From contig CAVPQB010000004.1 in the NCBI GenBank assembly GCA_963707505.1, forward strand, positions 320,001 to 384,000: a stretch of 64,000 nt of DNA, given 5' to 3'. Every line of letters starts with the position of its first letter. The stretch's first letter is position 1. The translations under genes and the position numbers were made by a program. Of the stretch, positions 1 through 9,239 are shown one piece after another. The DNA comes from an uncultured Gemmatimonadales bacterium. GTDB taxonomy: Bacteria; Gemmatimonadota; Gemmatimonadetes; Gemmatimonadales; Gemmatimonadaceae. The notes beneath the pieces were generated by a model. It was given only the letters and a program-made list of their open reading frames with translations, was not told the DNA's origin and made no database searches.

Positions 1-58
1 GGTCGAGTCGCCGCACGCATCGTGAACTGACCGGTCGCATTCTGATATCTTCCATGAA

Positions 59-2722
59 GTGACCACTCCACGCGCGGTTCAGGACCGCTACCTTCCGCCG
101 GACCGCGACGCGTTCGTGGCTGCTGAGCCACCCAATGGGCGGGTGATCGTCATCGCACCTACCCGCGCCGCGTGCGAGACGATCGAGCTTGCGCTGGGAC
201 TGCATCTGGAGACCGTGCTCGCCCGCGAGCACGGCGCGGAGATCCAGCAGCTGGCCGAGAGCGGCGCTGGGTTCGGAATCGTCGCGGGAACCGGGACTGG
301 CAAGACGCTCTCGATCCGGCCAATCGCCGAAACGATTCTCAAGACGAAAGACCTTCGCGTCGGCGTCGTGAACCGCGAGCGCGAGGCGACTCCCGAAACA
401 CCGACGTGGAACGTCATAATCGTCACGACCGGCATCGCGCGTCGCTGGTTCCAGGACGACGACATTCGCGCGACCGACACGCTCATCGTCGACGAGATTC
501 ACCAGACTTCCGCCGAGCTCGAGCTGTGCCTCGCGCTCGGCAAGCGCGTCGGATGTCGCTACATCTGGCTGTCCGCGACGGTCGACCCATCGTTTTATTC
601 CGAATATCTGGGTTCCGCTTCGGTGATCGAGAGCAGTGCCTTCGATCCGGCCAAGGCGGCGACGGTCAAGGTAATCAACAAGGACCCGCTGGCGTTTCTG
701 GACGAGAAATTTCTGCGCGCGGTGTTCAAGGACAGGCGGGGCGTTGGTGTGTTTCTGCCCACGCGCGCAGGCGTCGAGCAGGCTGCCGAAACGGTGCACG
801 CAGCCTTTCCGCGCATAAATACAGCGTTCTATCACGGCGGCGAGCCGATCCGGGTAATCAGACCGTTCCTCGAGGGTACGGAGAAGAAACCGTACGTGCT
901 AGCGATGACGGCTGCTGGCCAGAGTGCACTCAACGTGCGCGGGCTCGATACGGTTGTCATCGACGACACGCGCTTCACAAACATCATCGAGCGTGGCAAG
1001 AACGTGCTGAGCAAATTGCATCTCGGAAGCAACGAGATATTGCAGATGGCCGGCCGTGTACACGGACGTGTCGATGGCGGACGCGTGTTCATCCTGAGTG
1101 ATCGCGCGATCGATTTCAAATCGCTGCAACCAACTGCACCTGAGTTTCAGCTCGCCGGTGATTCAGAGCGAGTCGCACTCACCTGCGCTGCACTCGGAGT
1201 GCGCGCCGACGCGCTCGATCTCCCGGTGCCACTCGATCGCGTGTCATATCGCAAGGCGCTGGCACTGCTGGATGATCGCGGCATCGTCGAGAATGGCAAG
1301 CTCACGAGATACGGAAGAGCGGTCGAGGCGCTGCCGGTAGATCGGCCGTGGGCGGAGCTGCTCGTGAATGCCGACGACGATCTCATTCCATATGTCGCCG
1401 TCGTGAGCGGCATCGAGTCGTTGCACCGCATGACTCGCGAGGAGCGCGATCTCGAGGGGCTCATTGTTCCGGGAAGCGACCATCTCACCGCCTACAACGT
1501 GTATGCCGAAGCGTTGTCCAAGTGTGGCTTCACCGGCGAGGTGTATGGCCTCCCGCGGCATCAGTTCGACGATTCGGTGCTGGAATGGGCCGAGCGACGC
1601 GGTGTGCTCGTCAAGTCGATCGAGGATGCCGCACTCGGCATGGCGAGTGTGTATCGCAGCCTGGGAATGCCGCTTCCGGAGAAGCTGCCTTTCGCGCGCG
1701 ATCATACGTACAAGCAATTCGCAGAACTGCTCGCGCGCACCATGCCGTTCGATCTCGTGATCGATGAGCAGACTCGCGAAGGCGGGAATGCGCGTGTCTC
1801 GAAGACGAGTGTGTGCGGCAGTTGGGGAGCGATTGCCGGATCGTTGCGTTATTTCGCCGGTAAGAACGGCGAGCCGCGTGCTGGAATCGAAGGGACGCAG
1901 ATCCCCGACAGTCTGATTCGCAAGTACGCGACGCGCAGCAAGCCGCAGCTGATGTACGACGCTCACCGCAAGCACGATCAGCTGGTGTTGTTCAGCCGTG
2001 TGGAATATTTCGGGTTCGAGCTCGACCGAGAGATCGAACCCGTGCGCGAGTTTCCCCCAGATCTCGCTGCCGAAGCCCGTCACATTCTCGCGCAGGCGGC
2101 CGCGCGCGAGGAGGCTCGTCAGGTCTCCATCAAGCGCAACCACGCGGCAATCAGCGCCGTCCGCGAGGCGTATCGGCGATCGGGCGGCGCAACGCCGCGA
2201 CTCGGGTTCGACGAGCTGACGGCGCTGTACGAGAGTCAGCTCGCGAACGTGAATTCCGTCGAGGAGTTTCGCAACGCGCGGCTGACGGTCGATCCTGACG
2301 ACTTCGTGTCGCCGGAAGAACGCGCGCGATTGTCGCTGTTGCCCGATATGGTTCTGGTGCGCGATCGCGAAGCATGGATCGATTACGACGTGGAAGAGCG
2401 ACCGGACGGATCGCACTTCGGCATCGCGCGGCTCAGGTTGCCGGAAAAGATCGCGCGTACGCTCACCGACACGGAGCTACCTGCGCTCGACCGGCCGGTG
2501 AGGTTCGCCGTGGTACGCGGGCAGCGCGGTGCCGTGAAGGCGGATACATTGGACGAGCTTCAGGAGCTTCTCGACCGACCGTGGTCGCAGGACGAGATCG
2601 CACAAGAGAGAAAACGTGACGACAGAAAGCCGCAACATGATCGCCGCCCATTTCGCGGAAAACATCCGCACGGTGGAGGCAAGCGCAACGACCCTCGCGG
2701 ACACGGCCGGCGCGGCAGGTGA
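59..2722 (+). CDS. DExH-box (HrpB-like, SF2) ATP-dependent helicase, 887 aa, with Arg/Gly-rich C-terminal tail
   Basis: Motifs AGTGTGKT (I), VTTG (Ib), DEIH (II), LSAT (III), VFLPT (IV), QMAGRVHGR (VI), plus winged-helix/HA2-like LTRYGR and SDHL segments. TATCTT box 7 nt before the GTG start. Confidence 0.9.
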   Translation: MTTPRAVQDRYLPPDRDAFVAAEPPNGRVIVIAPTRAACETIELALGLHLETVLAREHGAEIQQLAESGAGFGIVAGTGTGKTLSIRPIAETILKTKDLRVGVVNREREATPETPTWNVIIVTTGIARRWFQDDDIRATDTLIVDEIHQTSAELELCLALGKRVGCRYIWLSATVDPSFYSEYLGSASVIESSAFDPAKAATVKVINKDPLAFLDEKFLRAVFKDRRGVGVFLPTRAGVEQAAETVHAAFPRINTAFYHGGEPIRVIRPFLEGTEKKPYVLAMTAAGQSALNVRGLDTVVIDDTRFTNIIERGKNVLSKLHLGSNEILQMAGRVHGRVDGGRVFILSDRAIDFKSLQPTAPEFQLAGDSERVALTCAALGVRADALDLPVPLDRVSYRKALALLDDRGIVENGKLTRYGRAVEALPVDRPWAELLVNADDDLIPYVAVVSGIESLHRMTREERDLEGLIVPGSDHLTAYNVYAEALSKCGFTGEVYGLPRHQFDDSVLEWAERRGVLVKSIEDAALGMASVYRSLGMPLPEKLPFARDHTYKQFAELLARTMPFDLVIDEQTREGGNARVSKTSVCGSWGAIAGSLRYFAGKNGEPRAGIEGTQIPDSLIRKYATRSKPQLMYDAHRKHDQLVLFSRVEYFGFELDREIEPVREFPPDLAAEARHILAQAAAREEARQVSIKRNHAAISAVREAYRRSGGATPRLGFDELTALYESQLANVNSVEEFRNARLTVDPDDFVSPEERARLSLLPDMVLVRDREAWIDYDVEERPDGSHFGIARLRLPEKIARTLTDTELPALDRPVRFAVVRGQRGAVKADTLDELQELLDRPWSQDEIAQERKRDDRKPQHDRRPFRGKHPHGGGKRNDPRGHGRRGR

Positions 2723-3200
2723 CGCGCTCGTAGCTGCAGTTCTGGGCGGAAAGAAGATCCTCTGCTTCGGAAACGGCGGCTCCGCAACTCAGGCGAGCCA
2801 CATGGCCGGCGAGCTGATCGGCCGATTCAAGGAAACGCGCCGCCCGTACGCCGCCATAGCACTCGGCGGCGACGCAGGCTCGGTGACGTGCATAGCCAAC
2901 GACTTCGGCTATGGCGCGCTGTACGAGCGGCAGATCGAGGGACTTGCGAGCGATGGCGACGTGGCGCTGGGTATCACGACCAGTGGATCATCCGAGAACG
3001 TCGTGCGCGGCATCGCGATGGCGGCGAAGAAAGGCGCCGTAACCATCGCGCTAACAGGTGAGCGAGGACTTGTGGGTTGCAGCGCGGACCACGTTCTGGC
3101 AGTACCGAGCAGTGTTACGGCGCACATCCAGGAAGTTCATCTGATGCTGCTGCACGCGTGGTGTGTCGAGATCGACGCGGCTGTGTTGGGACGGCGTTAG
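2637..3200 (+). CDS. gmhA: SIS-domain phosphoheptose isomerase (GmhA/DiaA family)
   Basis: CFGNGGSATQASHMAGEL, IANDFGY, ITTSGSSENV, ALTG and IQEVH motifs. Start is ATG 2637 or GTG 2616; overlaps the helicase 3' end. Confidence 0.85.
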   Translation: MIAAHFAENIRTVEASATTLADTAGAAGDALVAAVLGGKKILCFGNGGSATQASHMAGELIGRFKETRRPYAAIALGGDAGSVTCIANDFGYGALYERQIEGLASDGDVALGITTSGSSENVVRGIAMAAKKGAVTIALTGERGLVGCSADHVLAVPSSVTAHIQEVHLMLLHAWCVEIDAAVLGRR

Positions 3201-3224
3201 AGTCGGCTTGGGGAAAGCCGTGTA

Positions 3225-3442
3225 CGTCGGAAGTCGTCATCCCGCCGAAGGCCCGTCACCCCCGCGAAAGCGGGGGTCCATGGCCGAGGGTGTCGGCATA
3301 GCAACCAAGTTTGCAGGTGTCGCCTTTGGCCGATGAAAGACCGATCTCCTGCTTTTTTTTTCCGGAGATCGATGACACCTGCAAACATGGGCGACATCAT
3401 CTGATCCTCAGCCATGGGCCCCCGCTTTCGCGGGAGTGACGG
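3225..3442. repeat. REP/REPIN-like cluster: a half REP (3225-3252) plus an inverted REP doublet (3254-3284 and 3411-3442) enclosing further inverted arms
   Basis: cgtcacccccgcgaaagcgggggtccatggc pairs with gccatgggcccccgctttcgcgggagtgacg. Inner perfect arms: gtttgcaggtgtc/gacacctgcaaac (3309-3321/3374-3386) and cgatctcc/ggagatcg (3342-3349/3364-3371). Confidence 0.8.
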
Positions 3443-3497
3443 CCCAGGAAGATTCGAACAACTGTTCTGATTCGCCCCAACTACTAAATTTCAACCC

Positions 3498-4730
3498 ATG
3501 ACCGCCCCTTCCACCCCTCCCACATACTTCCGCAAAGGCTTCGGTCTCAAGGCCGACGTGGAGGAGGAGCTGGCGACCGCCTACGACGGGCGTCTGGTCG
3601 ACCTGCTCAAGGAGCGCGACTATTCCATCAGCTCGGGCGGCGTGACCGTCCGCCTGGCCCGTGAGTTTGGCTTCTGCTACGGTGTGGAGCGCGCCGTCGA
3701 GTACGCCTACCAGACGCGCAAGAAGTTTCCGGACAAGAAGATCTATCTCGCAGGCGAGATCATACACAATCCGCACATCAACCGCCGGCTGAGCGAGGCC
3801 GGCGTGATCTTCCTCAAGCACAACGCCAACACCAACGAGGCGTCGTTCGATTTCAGCATCGTAAATCCGGATGACGTGGTCCTGCTTCCGGCATTTGGTG
3901 TGACCGTGGCCGATTTCGCCACGCTGCGCGAGCGCGGCTGCGTGATGGTGGACACGACGTGCGGCTCGGTCCTGAACGTGTGGAAGCGCGTGGAGAGCTA
4001 CGCGCGTGACGGTTTCACCGCGCTCATCCACGGCAAGTACTACCACGAGGAGACGCGCGCCACGGCGTCGCAGGTGATGAAATATCCTGGCGGCCAGTAT
4101 CTCATCGTCCGGGATATGGACGAGGTACGCATCGTTTGTGATTTCCTGGAAGGAAAGCGCAGTGCCGACGATATCCGCGCCAAATTTTCCCCGCACGCAG
4201 CCTCTCCCGAATTCGATCCGGATCGCGATCTCAAGCGCATCGGCGTGGCGAATCAGACCACCATGCTCGCGAGCGAGAGCCTTGCGATCGCCGCCGCGAC
4301 GCAGGCGGCCATGGCGCGCGGGCACGGCGACGAATACGCGGCCGCGAATTTCCGCACTTTCGACACGATCTGCTCGGCGACGCAGGACCGACAGGACGCC
4401 GTTCAGGAGATGTTGCTCGACCCGCCGGACATCATGGTCGTCGTGGGCGGCTACAACTCGAGCAACACGATCTCGCTCGCCGCCATGTGCGCGGACAAGG
4501 TGCCGACGTACCACATCGAGGACGCGACGTGCATCGACGTGGACGCCGGCGTCATTCACCATCGTCTGCGCCAGGGCCGCGACGACGTCGCCACGCCGGA
4601 CTGGCTGCCGGCGACAGGGGATGTGGTGGTGGGGATCACTGCCGGTGCGAGTACGCCGAACAACAAGATCGCCGAAACGGTTGCGAGAGTATTCGCCACG
4701 CGCGGCGTGGATACGGCGACGATCAGGTAG
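3498..4730 (+). CDS. ispH: 4-hydroxy-3-methylbut-2-enyl diphosphate reductase (long form)
   Basis: FGFCYGVERA, IIHNP, DTTCG, HEET, NQTT, TICSATQDRQ, GGYNSSNT, TAGASTP; all three Fe-S cysteines present. Confidence 0.97.
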   Translation: MTAPSTPPTYFRKGFGLKADVEEELATAYDGRLVDLLKERDYSISSGGVTVRLAREFGFCYGVERAVEYAYQTRKKFPDKKIYLAGEIIHNPHINRRLSEAGVIFLKHNANTNEASFDFSIVNPDDVVLLPAFGVTVADFATLRERGCVMVDTTCGSVLNVWKRVESYARDGFTALIHGKYYHEETRATASQVMKYPGGQYLIVRDMDEVRIVCDFLEGKRSADDIRAKFSPHAASPEFDPDRDLKRIGVANQTTMLASESLAIAAATQAAMARGHGDEYAAANFRTFDTICSATQDRQDAVQEMLLDPPDIMVVVGGYNSSNTISLAAMCADKVPTYHIEDATCIDVDAGVIHHRLRQGRDDVATPDWLPATGDVVVGITAGASTPNNKIAETVARVFATRGVDTATIR

Positions 4731-4737
4731 GACCGCA

Positions 4738-4776
4738 TCGTCATCCCAGCCTTCGGCGGGATGACGACTTTCGACG
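4738..4776. repeat. REP-like palindrome downstream of ispH
   Basis: tcgtcatccc(a)gcc-ttc-ggcgggatgacga hairpin; 4749-4770 is the exact reverse complement of 3231-3252. Confidence 0.75.
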
Positions 4777-4849
4777 ACGGCCGCTCGCCTTCGCCGCTCA
4801 CCCCTTCTTCGACACACAATTCGTGTCGAATCCGCACACCGCTCGCGCC

Positions 4850-4868
4850 CTGTCACAAATAGTGACAG
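4850..4868. promoter_or_regulatory. Perfect 7-5-7 palindrome CTGTCAC-N5-GTGACAG; candidate activator (enhancer) site
   Basis: Seen in sequence, about 100 bp upstream of a sigma54-like element. A second perfect inverted repeat, ttcgacac-N7-gtgtcgaa, lies at 4808-4830. Confidence 0.45.
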
Positions 4869-4965
4869 CTGCCCGCCCCAACATGTGACGGAATCGTACC
4901 GGCAGGGTCACTGTTTTGAGGCGCATCTACACAAGCGCGACGCCGGTGCTAAAGTTCCTGGTCAG

Positions 4966-4981
4966 TGGCGCGAAACTTGTT
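4966..4981 (+). promoter_or_regulatory. Candidate sigma54 (-24/-12) promoter
   Basis: TGGCGCG-AAAC-TTGTT versus consensus TGGCACG-N4-TTGCW: spacing is correct but there is GT instead of GC at -12. Confidence 0.4.
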
Positions 4982-5044
4982 ATTATGCGCCGGTGTACCG
5001 ACGGTGTGCATGACTGTGCACACCCGATTCTCCCAGGGGGGAAG

Positions 5045-5251
5045 ATGGATTTCGGAGCGTTGCCCGTGTTCGACGGGCGCAGCGCACCGGTCCCGGATCC
5101 CACGCTGAATCTGGCGTGGTTCGAACGCAGCAGTGTCGAGGAAGTATCGGCACCGGAAAAGGCGCCCGCCGATGGAAATGGCGCGCTGCTTGACCGCGTT
5201 CGTGAAGCCGAGGGGCTGGTGTACAACGGAGAAGGCGATTACGAAAACTGA
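5045..5251 (+). CDS. Small acidic hypothetical protein, 68 aa (MDFGALPVF...GEGDYEN)
   Basis: Purine-rich AGGGGGGAAG directly before the ATG, GC3-rich codons, and its own downstream terminator. Confidence 0.65.
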   Translation: MDFGALPVFDGRSAPVPDPTLNLAWFERSSVEEVSAPEKAPADGNGALLDRVREAEGLVYNGEGDYEN

Positions 5252-5287
5252 ATCGTCCGAGTGGTGATGGTGATGATGCAGGACCGG

Positions 5288-5321
5288 CGGGGCCGCGTGA
5301 CGAGCGCGGCCCCGTTTTTTT
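5288..5321 (+). terminator. Intrinsic terminator
   Basis: 10-bp perfect stem cggggccgcg/cgcggccccg, 7-nt loop, followed by T7. Confidence 0.85.
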
Positions 5322-5329
5322 CGATTGCC

Positions 5330-8300
5330 TCAGTGACTTATCTGCATGTTCTGCGGTCCGCCGGATTTCTCGGGCTGGCGCGGCTTGTCGGAGAACGTCA
5401 CCGCGTTGCCAAAATTCCACTGGCTGTGCTCGCGGTCCTTGGGCGTGACGGCCAGCATGTTCTTGAACATCGGCATCAGCTCACGTTGCGCCGGCGTCAC
5501 TACCGAGTCGGCGATCTCCGGCTGGCGCCAGAAGATCTTCCAGTACGTTTTGCTCGTATTCTTGACACTGTCGAGCTCCGCCTTGCCTGGATCACGGCCT
5601 TCATGCTGCGCGAGGAAGTTTCCCAACTGGATGTAAATCGCGCGCACCTCCGCCGAGTACACCGAATCGTCGTGCTGGAGCGTCGCAATCTGCGGTTTGG
5701 TGAGGAATAGTGAATCGCTGTTCACCAACAGCAGTTTGTGGATACTCGATGTGCGCGAGAGATAGAACGCCGCCAGCGAATCCGCTGTCCGTCTCGCGTA
5801 GCCGTGCGGTCCCTTCACGGGCTCGATCGCTCGGCGCAGCTCCTGAAGATTGAAGTCTACGGAGAAGTCAAATGAGAAATCGAGGGTGATCCTGAATGGA
5901 TTCCGCGTCAACGTGTTGATGGGACGTGTATCCGCGAATCTCGGATTCACGGCGTACTTGAAGCTCTTCGACACAGGGTCGAAGCCATGCGGAACGAGCA
6001 GAACTGGATCGACAACCGGCTGACCACCCCACCCTCGCAATCCGCTGCTGCCGTGAAGCAGCTGGTCGACTCCGCCAAGGACGTTCTCGAAATAGACATT
6101 CGGTGTGACGCGACCGAGCCAGCGACGCGGGAACGGCGGACTCCACTGAAGATTGAGCATGGCGGTCCACGGTCCACGGCAGCCGTTACGCGGTGCGACC
6201 TGGCCGAGATTGTCGAGAATGCACTTTCGTGCGCTGGACGAGCCGTTGGCCATGAGAGCTCGCAACTGGCCCGACAGTGCCGTATCGACGCCGAGTGCCG
6301 GATTCGGTATGAACGCACGGTCGCCGCTCGATCCATCTCCATTGATGTCGCCCTGCACGATGGGTGTGAAGGGAAGCCCGGACTGCACGCGTGTAAAGAG
6401 CGTGATGGCGCCCGCTTTCGGCGCGTAGAATCCCAGCGTGTACACGAAGATGTTGCGCGCGTCGTTGTTCGACGGCGCCCATTCTGTCAGACGCGGATCG
6501 CCGAACGCAGCACCGTCGAAACCACGAAATTGCCGACGCGACTCCTGCAGCGTGTACGACAGCGACGTGAAAAACGAGAAGCCCGAGCGGAATCGGAGCT
6601 TGAACACGTCGGGAGAAATGGTCGTGGTGAGCTGGCCACCGTAGCCGCGCAGATCGCTCGTGCGCATTCCGACTCGTCCGAACAGGTCCGACTTGCGTGA
6701 CCCCGCAGGCGACACCGTGCCACTCGGCGCGTCGATCGCGGCAGTGGACACGAACACCGGCCGATTGCCCTCGGCGGGCAGGGTGAACTGCGGAGCACCG
6801 GCGAAGTTGACGTCGATGGTGCCGGGCTGTGAGAGGTCATACGAGCCAAGCGCGCCAACCTTGAGCAGCCAGCTACCGATGTTGGACGACCAGTCCAGCG
6901 ATGCGCGCCAGCTATGCGGCACGTCATATGATGGGCTGATCAACGAGACGGCGGGAGCATAATCTGCGAGTAATCCGGAGCCATCCAGGCAGCGTGTCGG
7001 AATCGTGCTTGGATCACTCTCGAACATCGACCAATCCGGCGATGGTACTGCGTTGCCAACGCATGAGAGCTGCGACGTGCCGTTCGGCAGTCCGGTTGCA
7101 GCGGACGCGCTCGCGAGAATGTCGGGACGCAGCAGGTCTCTGAAGTCACCAATGCCACCGCGAATCACTCCCGTGGTATTGCGATAGAATGAGCCGATCT
7201 CAGATCTGTTCTGTCCATTGCCATTGGCCTTGTCGCGACTGTACGTATAGGAGAATCCCGCTCGCGGACTGAAATGAATGCGTGACGGCGCGACGTTCGT
7301 ACGCACGCCGAGCGCGTCATCCAGCGCGACGTCCTGCGCCGGCGCTGAGCCGAACCCGTCAGCCTCGACTCGTGCTCCGTACAACACGCTGAACATGCGC
7401 GACGGAGCCCACTGATGAGCGAAGGCTGCCGCCGCGTTCCAGACAGTTCCCGAGCTCGCTGGATGTGACAGTGTGCGCGAGAAACTCGCCGCGTTACCAG
7501 CTGTGAGATCTGCGAGCGAGTTGAACGTGTAGCTGCCGAGTTGATTCGGGAACGAGCTCTGGCGCAGTCCGTCGACGCGCGCCCAGAGCAGCTCCTTGAA
7601 GTGATTTCGCTTGCCGCTGGTGTTCCATGTGGTCTGATTCGAACCCTCGATGGTCCAGCGTGCGTCGTTCATTAGCGATTGCCCGCCGCCGAGTATGAGG
7701 TTTCCTACACCAACGCCGTTGGACGCATCGATTGTCGGCGACAGAACGAGGACATTCGCGCCTGGTATGTCTTCGTACGGGTTGAGGTGATTCCTGACCG
7801 TGTTCGCTCCCAGACGCGTCTCGGTCAGCACCATTCTATTCTTGCCCACGTAGTTACCGATCGTGAGCTGCGCACCGAGCGCTTCCTGTGTATGCTCTGC
7901 GGCAGCAGACGGTGCGCTGAGCGGCGCGAAGCCGATGCCGCCATCGCGTGTGTAGGTCGCGTAGGTGGTGAGCGCGCGGGTTGCGAGCGTGTCGCGAGTG
8001 TCGTCGAGACGGCCGAGCCAACTGAACGCGTTGTGCTGCTGCGACGTGGGGATACCGTGGCCTAGGAGCGCGAGGCCAAGCGGCGTCGCGATTCCGAACA
8101 GACGTGATACGGAGTCGGGCGAGACCCCGGCGCGAACGAGCAGATCGCCGCCGGCGTCGAGAAGGGTCGCAGGCTGGCTCACGCTGTGCGCGATATCTAC
8201 GGCGACGTTGTAGGTGAGTGCGTTGCGGATGAGCTCGCCGTCGGCACCGAGGCTGCCACGAACGGTGCCGTTCCGTGCGCCGGCAGCGCGGCCGACTGCG

Positions 8301-9134
8301 TCAGTGAACTGGAACGCCGATGGACTGAGCGTCAGGAAGCCGCGGCGCTCCTGATAGAATCGGCTGCCAGGGCTGAGCTGTACGTCGATGTTCGCACCTG
8401 AAAATCCGCCGCGAGTTGGATCGAAAGTCGCGCCGGTTACCCGGACACTGGTATTCGCGGCGCGTGGAATCGAGCCAGCTGACATACCCATGCCGTTCAG
8501 CGTCGTGAGATTAGATTCCGCTCCTGAACCGAGTATGGATGGTCCCGCGCCGGTCATCGTGACGTTCGACATGGTGCCGGCGGTTGCGTTGAGATCGCCT
8601 GCGGTTGTCGGTGGTATCTGGCCCTCGACTCCCTGCACCCATTTTTCCGAAGCGCCGGGCTCGAGGGTGAAGGGATTGACGTCGTTCGTCGCTCGGACCG
8701 GCTTGGATGCGGTCACGTTGACCGCTGCGAGCTTGGCCAGATCCGGCTTCAGAACGAAATTGGCGACCAGCTCGTGCTCGCTCCCCTCTCGCTGTACTCT
8801 GCGGCGCGCCGACGCAAAGCCGGGGGCGGTGATGTAGACGAGATAATCGCCAGTGCCTGGATCGAAACGGATACTGAAGGCGCCGGCGCTGTCGCTGGTC
8901 GATTTCTGCACGAGCCGATCGGGGCCCACGGGTTACCATGACGCTGGCGCCGGCGATGGCGCGCGCCGAGTCGTCGGTGACGCGCCCACGGACGACGTCG
9001 GCGCCGGTCTGGGCACGGGAGAGTTGAGGGGAGAGCAACAGCGAGAGCACAAGGCAGGCGAAGGTGCCTGCGATTCGTACGCTGTGGAGATGCTGCTCCG
9101 GTCGTGAAGAAGTACGTGACATCAGCTGTTTCAT
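5330..9134 (-). CDS. Oar-like TonB-dependent outer-membrane receptor with N-terminal carboxypeptidase-regulatory-like domain and C-terminal helical extension (about 1267 aa; one frameshift near 8927)
   Basis: Signal peptide and VRGRVTDDSARAIAGASVMVT in one frame join GPDRLVQKSTSDSAGAF in the next. Plug-like TFDPTRGGFSG, barrel strands FSPRAGFSY, and GDINGDG motif. Confidence 0.8.
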
Positions 9135-9239
9135 GCCAGATGAGGGTCAGGAAATGGTCCGACTCGAGTTCTCCCTATTTGATGTTCGGAACGCGTAAAT
9201 CGTCTGATTCGAATTGTCCCTTTCTGATAGATTTCCCCA

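Noticed and set aside
3225..4776. Repeats considered as a CRISPR array or IS ends
   Set aside because: They are inverted palindromes rather than regularly spaced direct repeats, and there is no cas or transposase gene in the window.
1244..4856. Long antisense ORFs (1244-2416, 3408-4856; similarly 12339-13343, 39342-40556, and same-strand alternate frame 48784-50577)
   Set aside because: Shadow ORFs expected in high-GC coding DNA; they overlap well-supported genes and carry no recognisable motifs.
5045..5251. Small protein as a RiPP precursor
   Set aside because: No modifying enzyme, protease or exporter is adjacent, and there is no recognisable leader or core motif.
5261..5278. Minus strand reads CATCATCACCATCACCAC (His6), in frame with receptor 1 but 17 codons past its TGA
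   Set aside because: It would need stop read-through across a terminator hairpin. The orientation is wrong for a His attenuator and there is no vector sequence nearby. Most likely a chance trinucleotide run.
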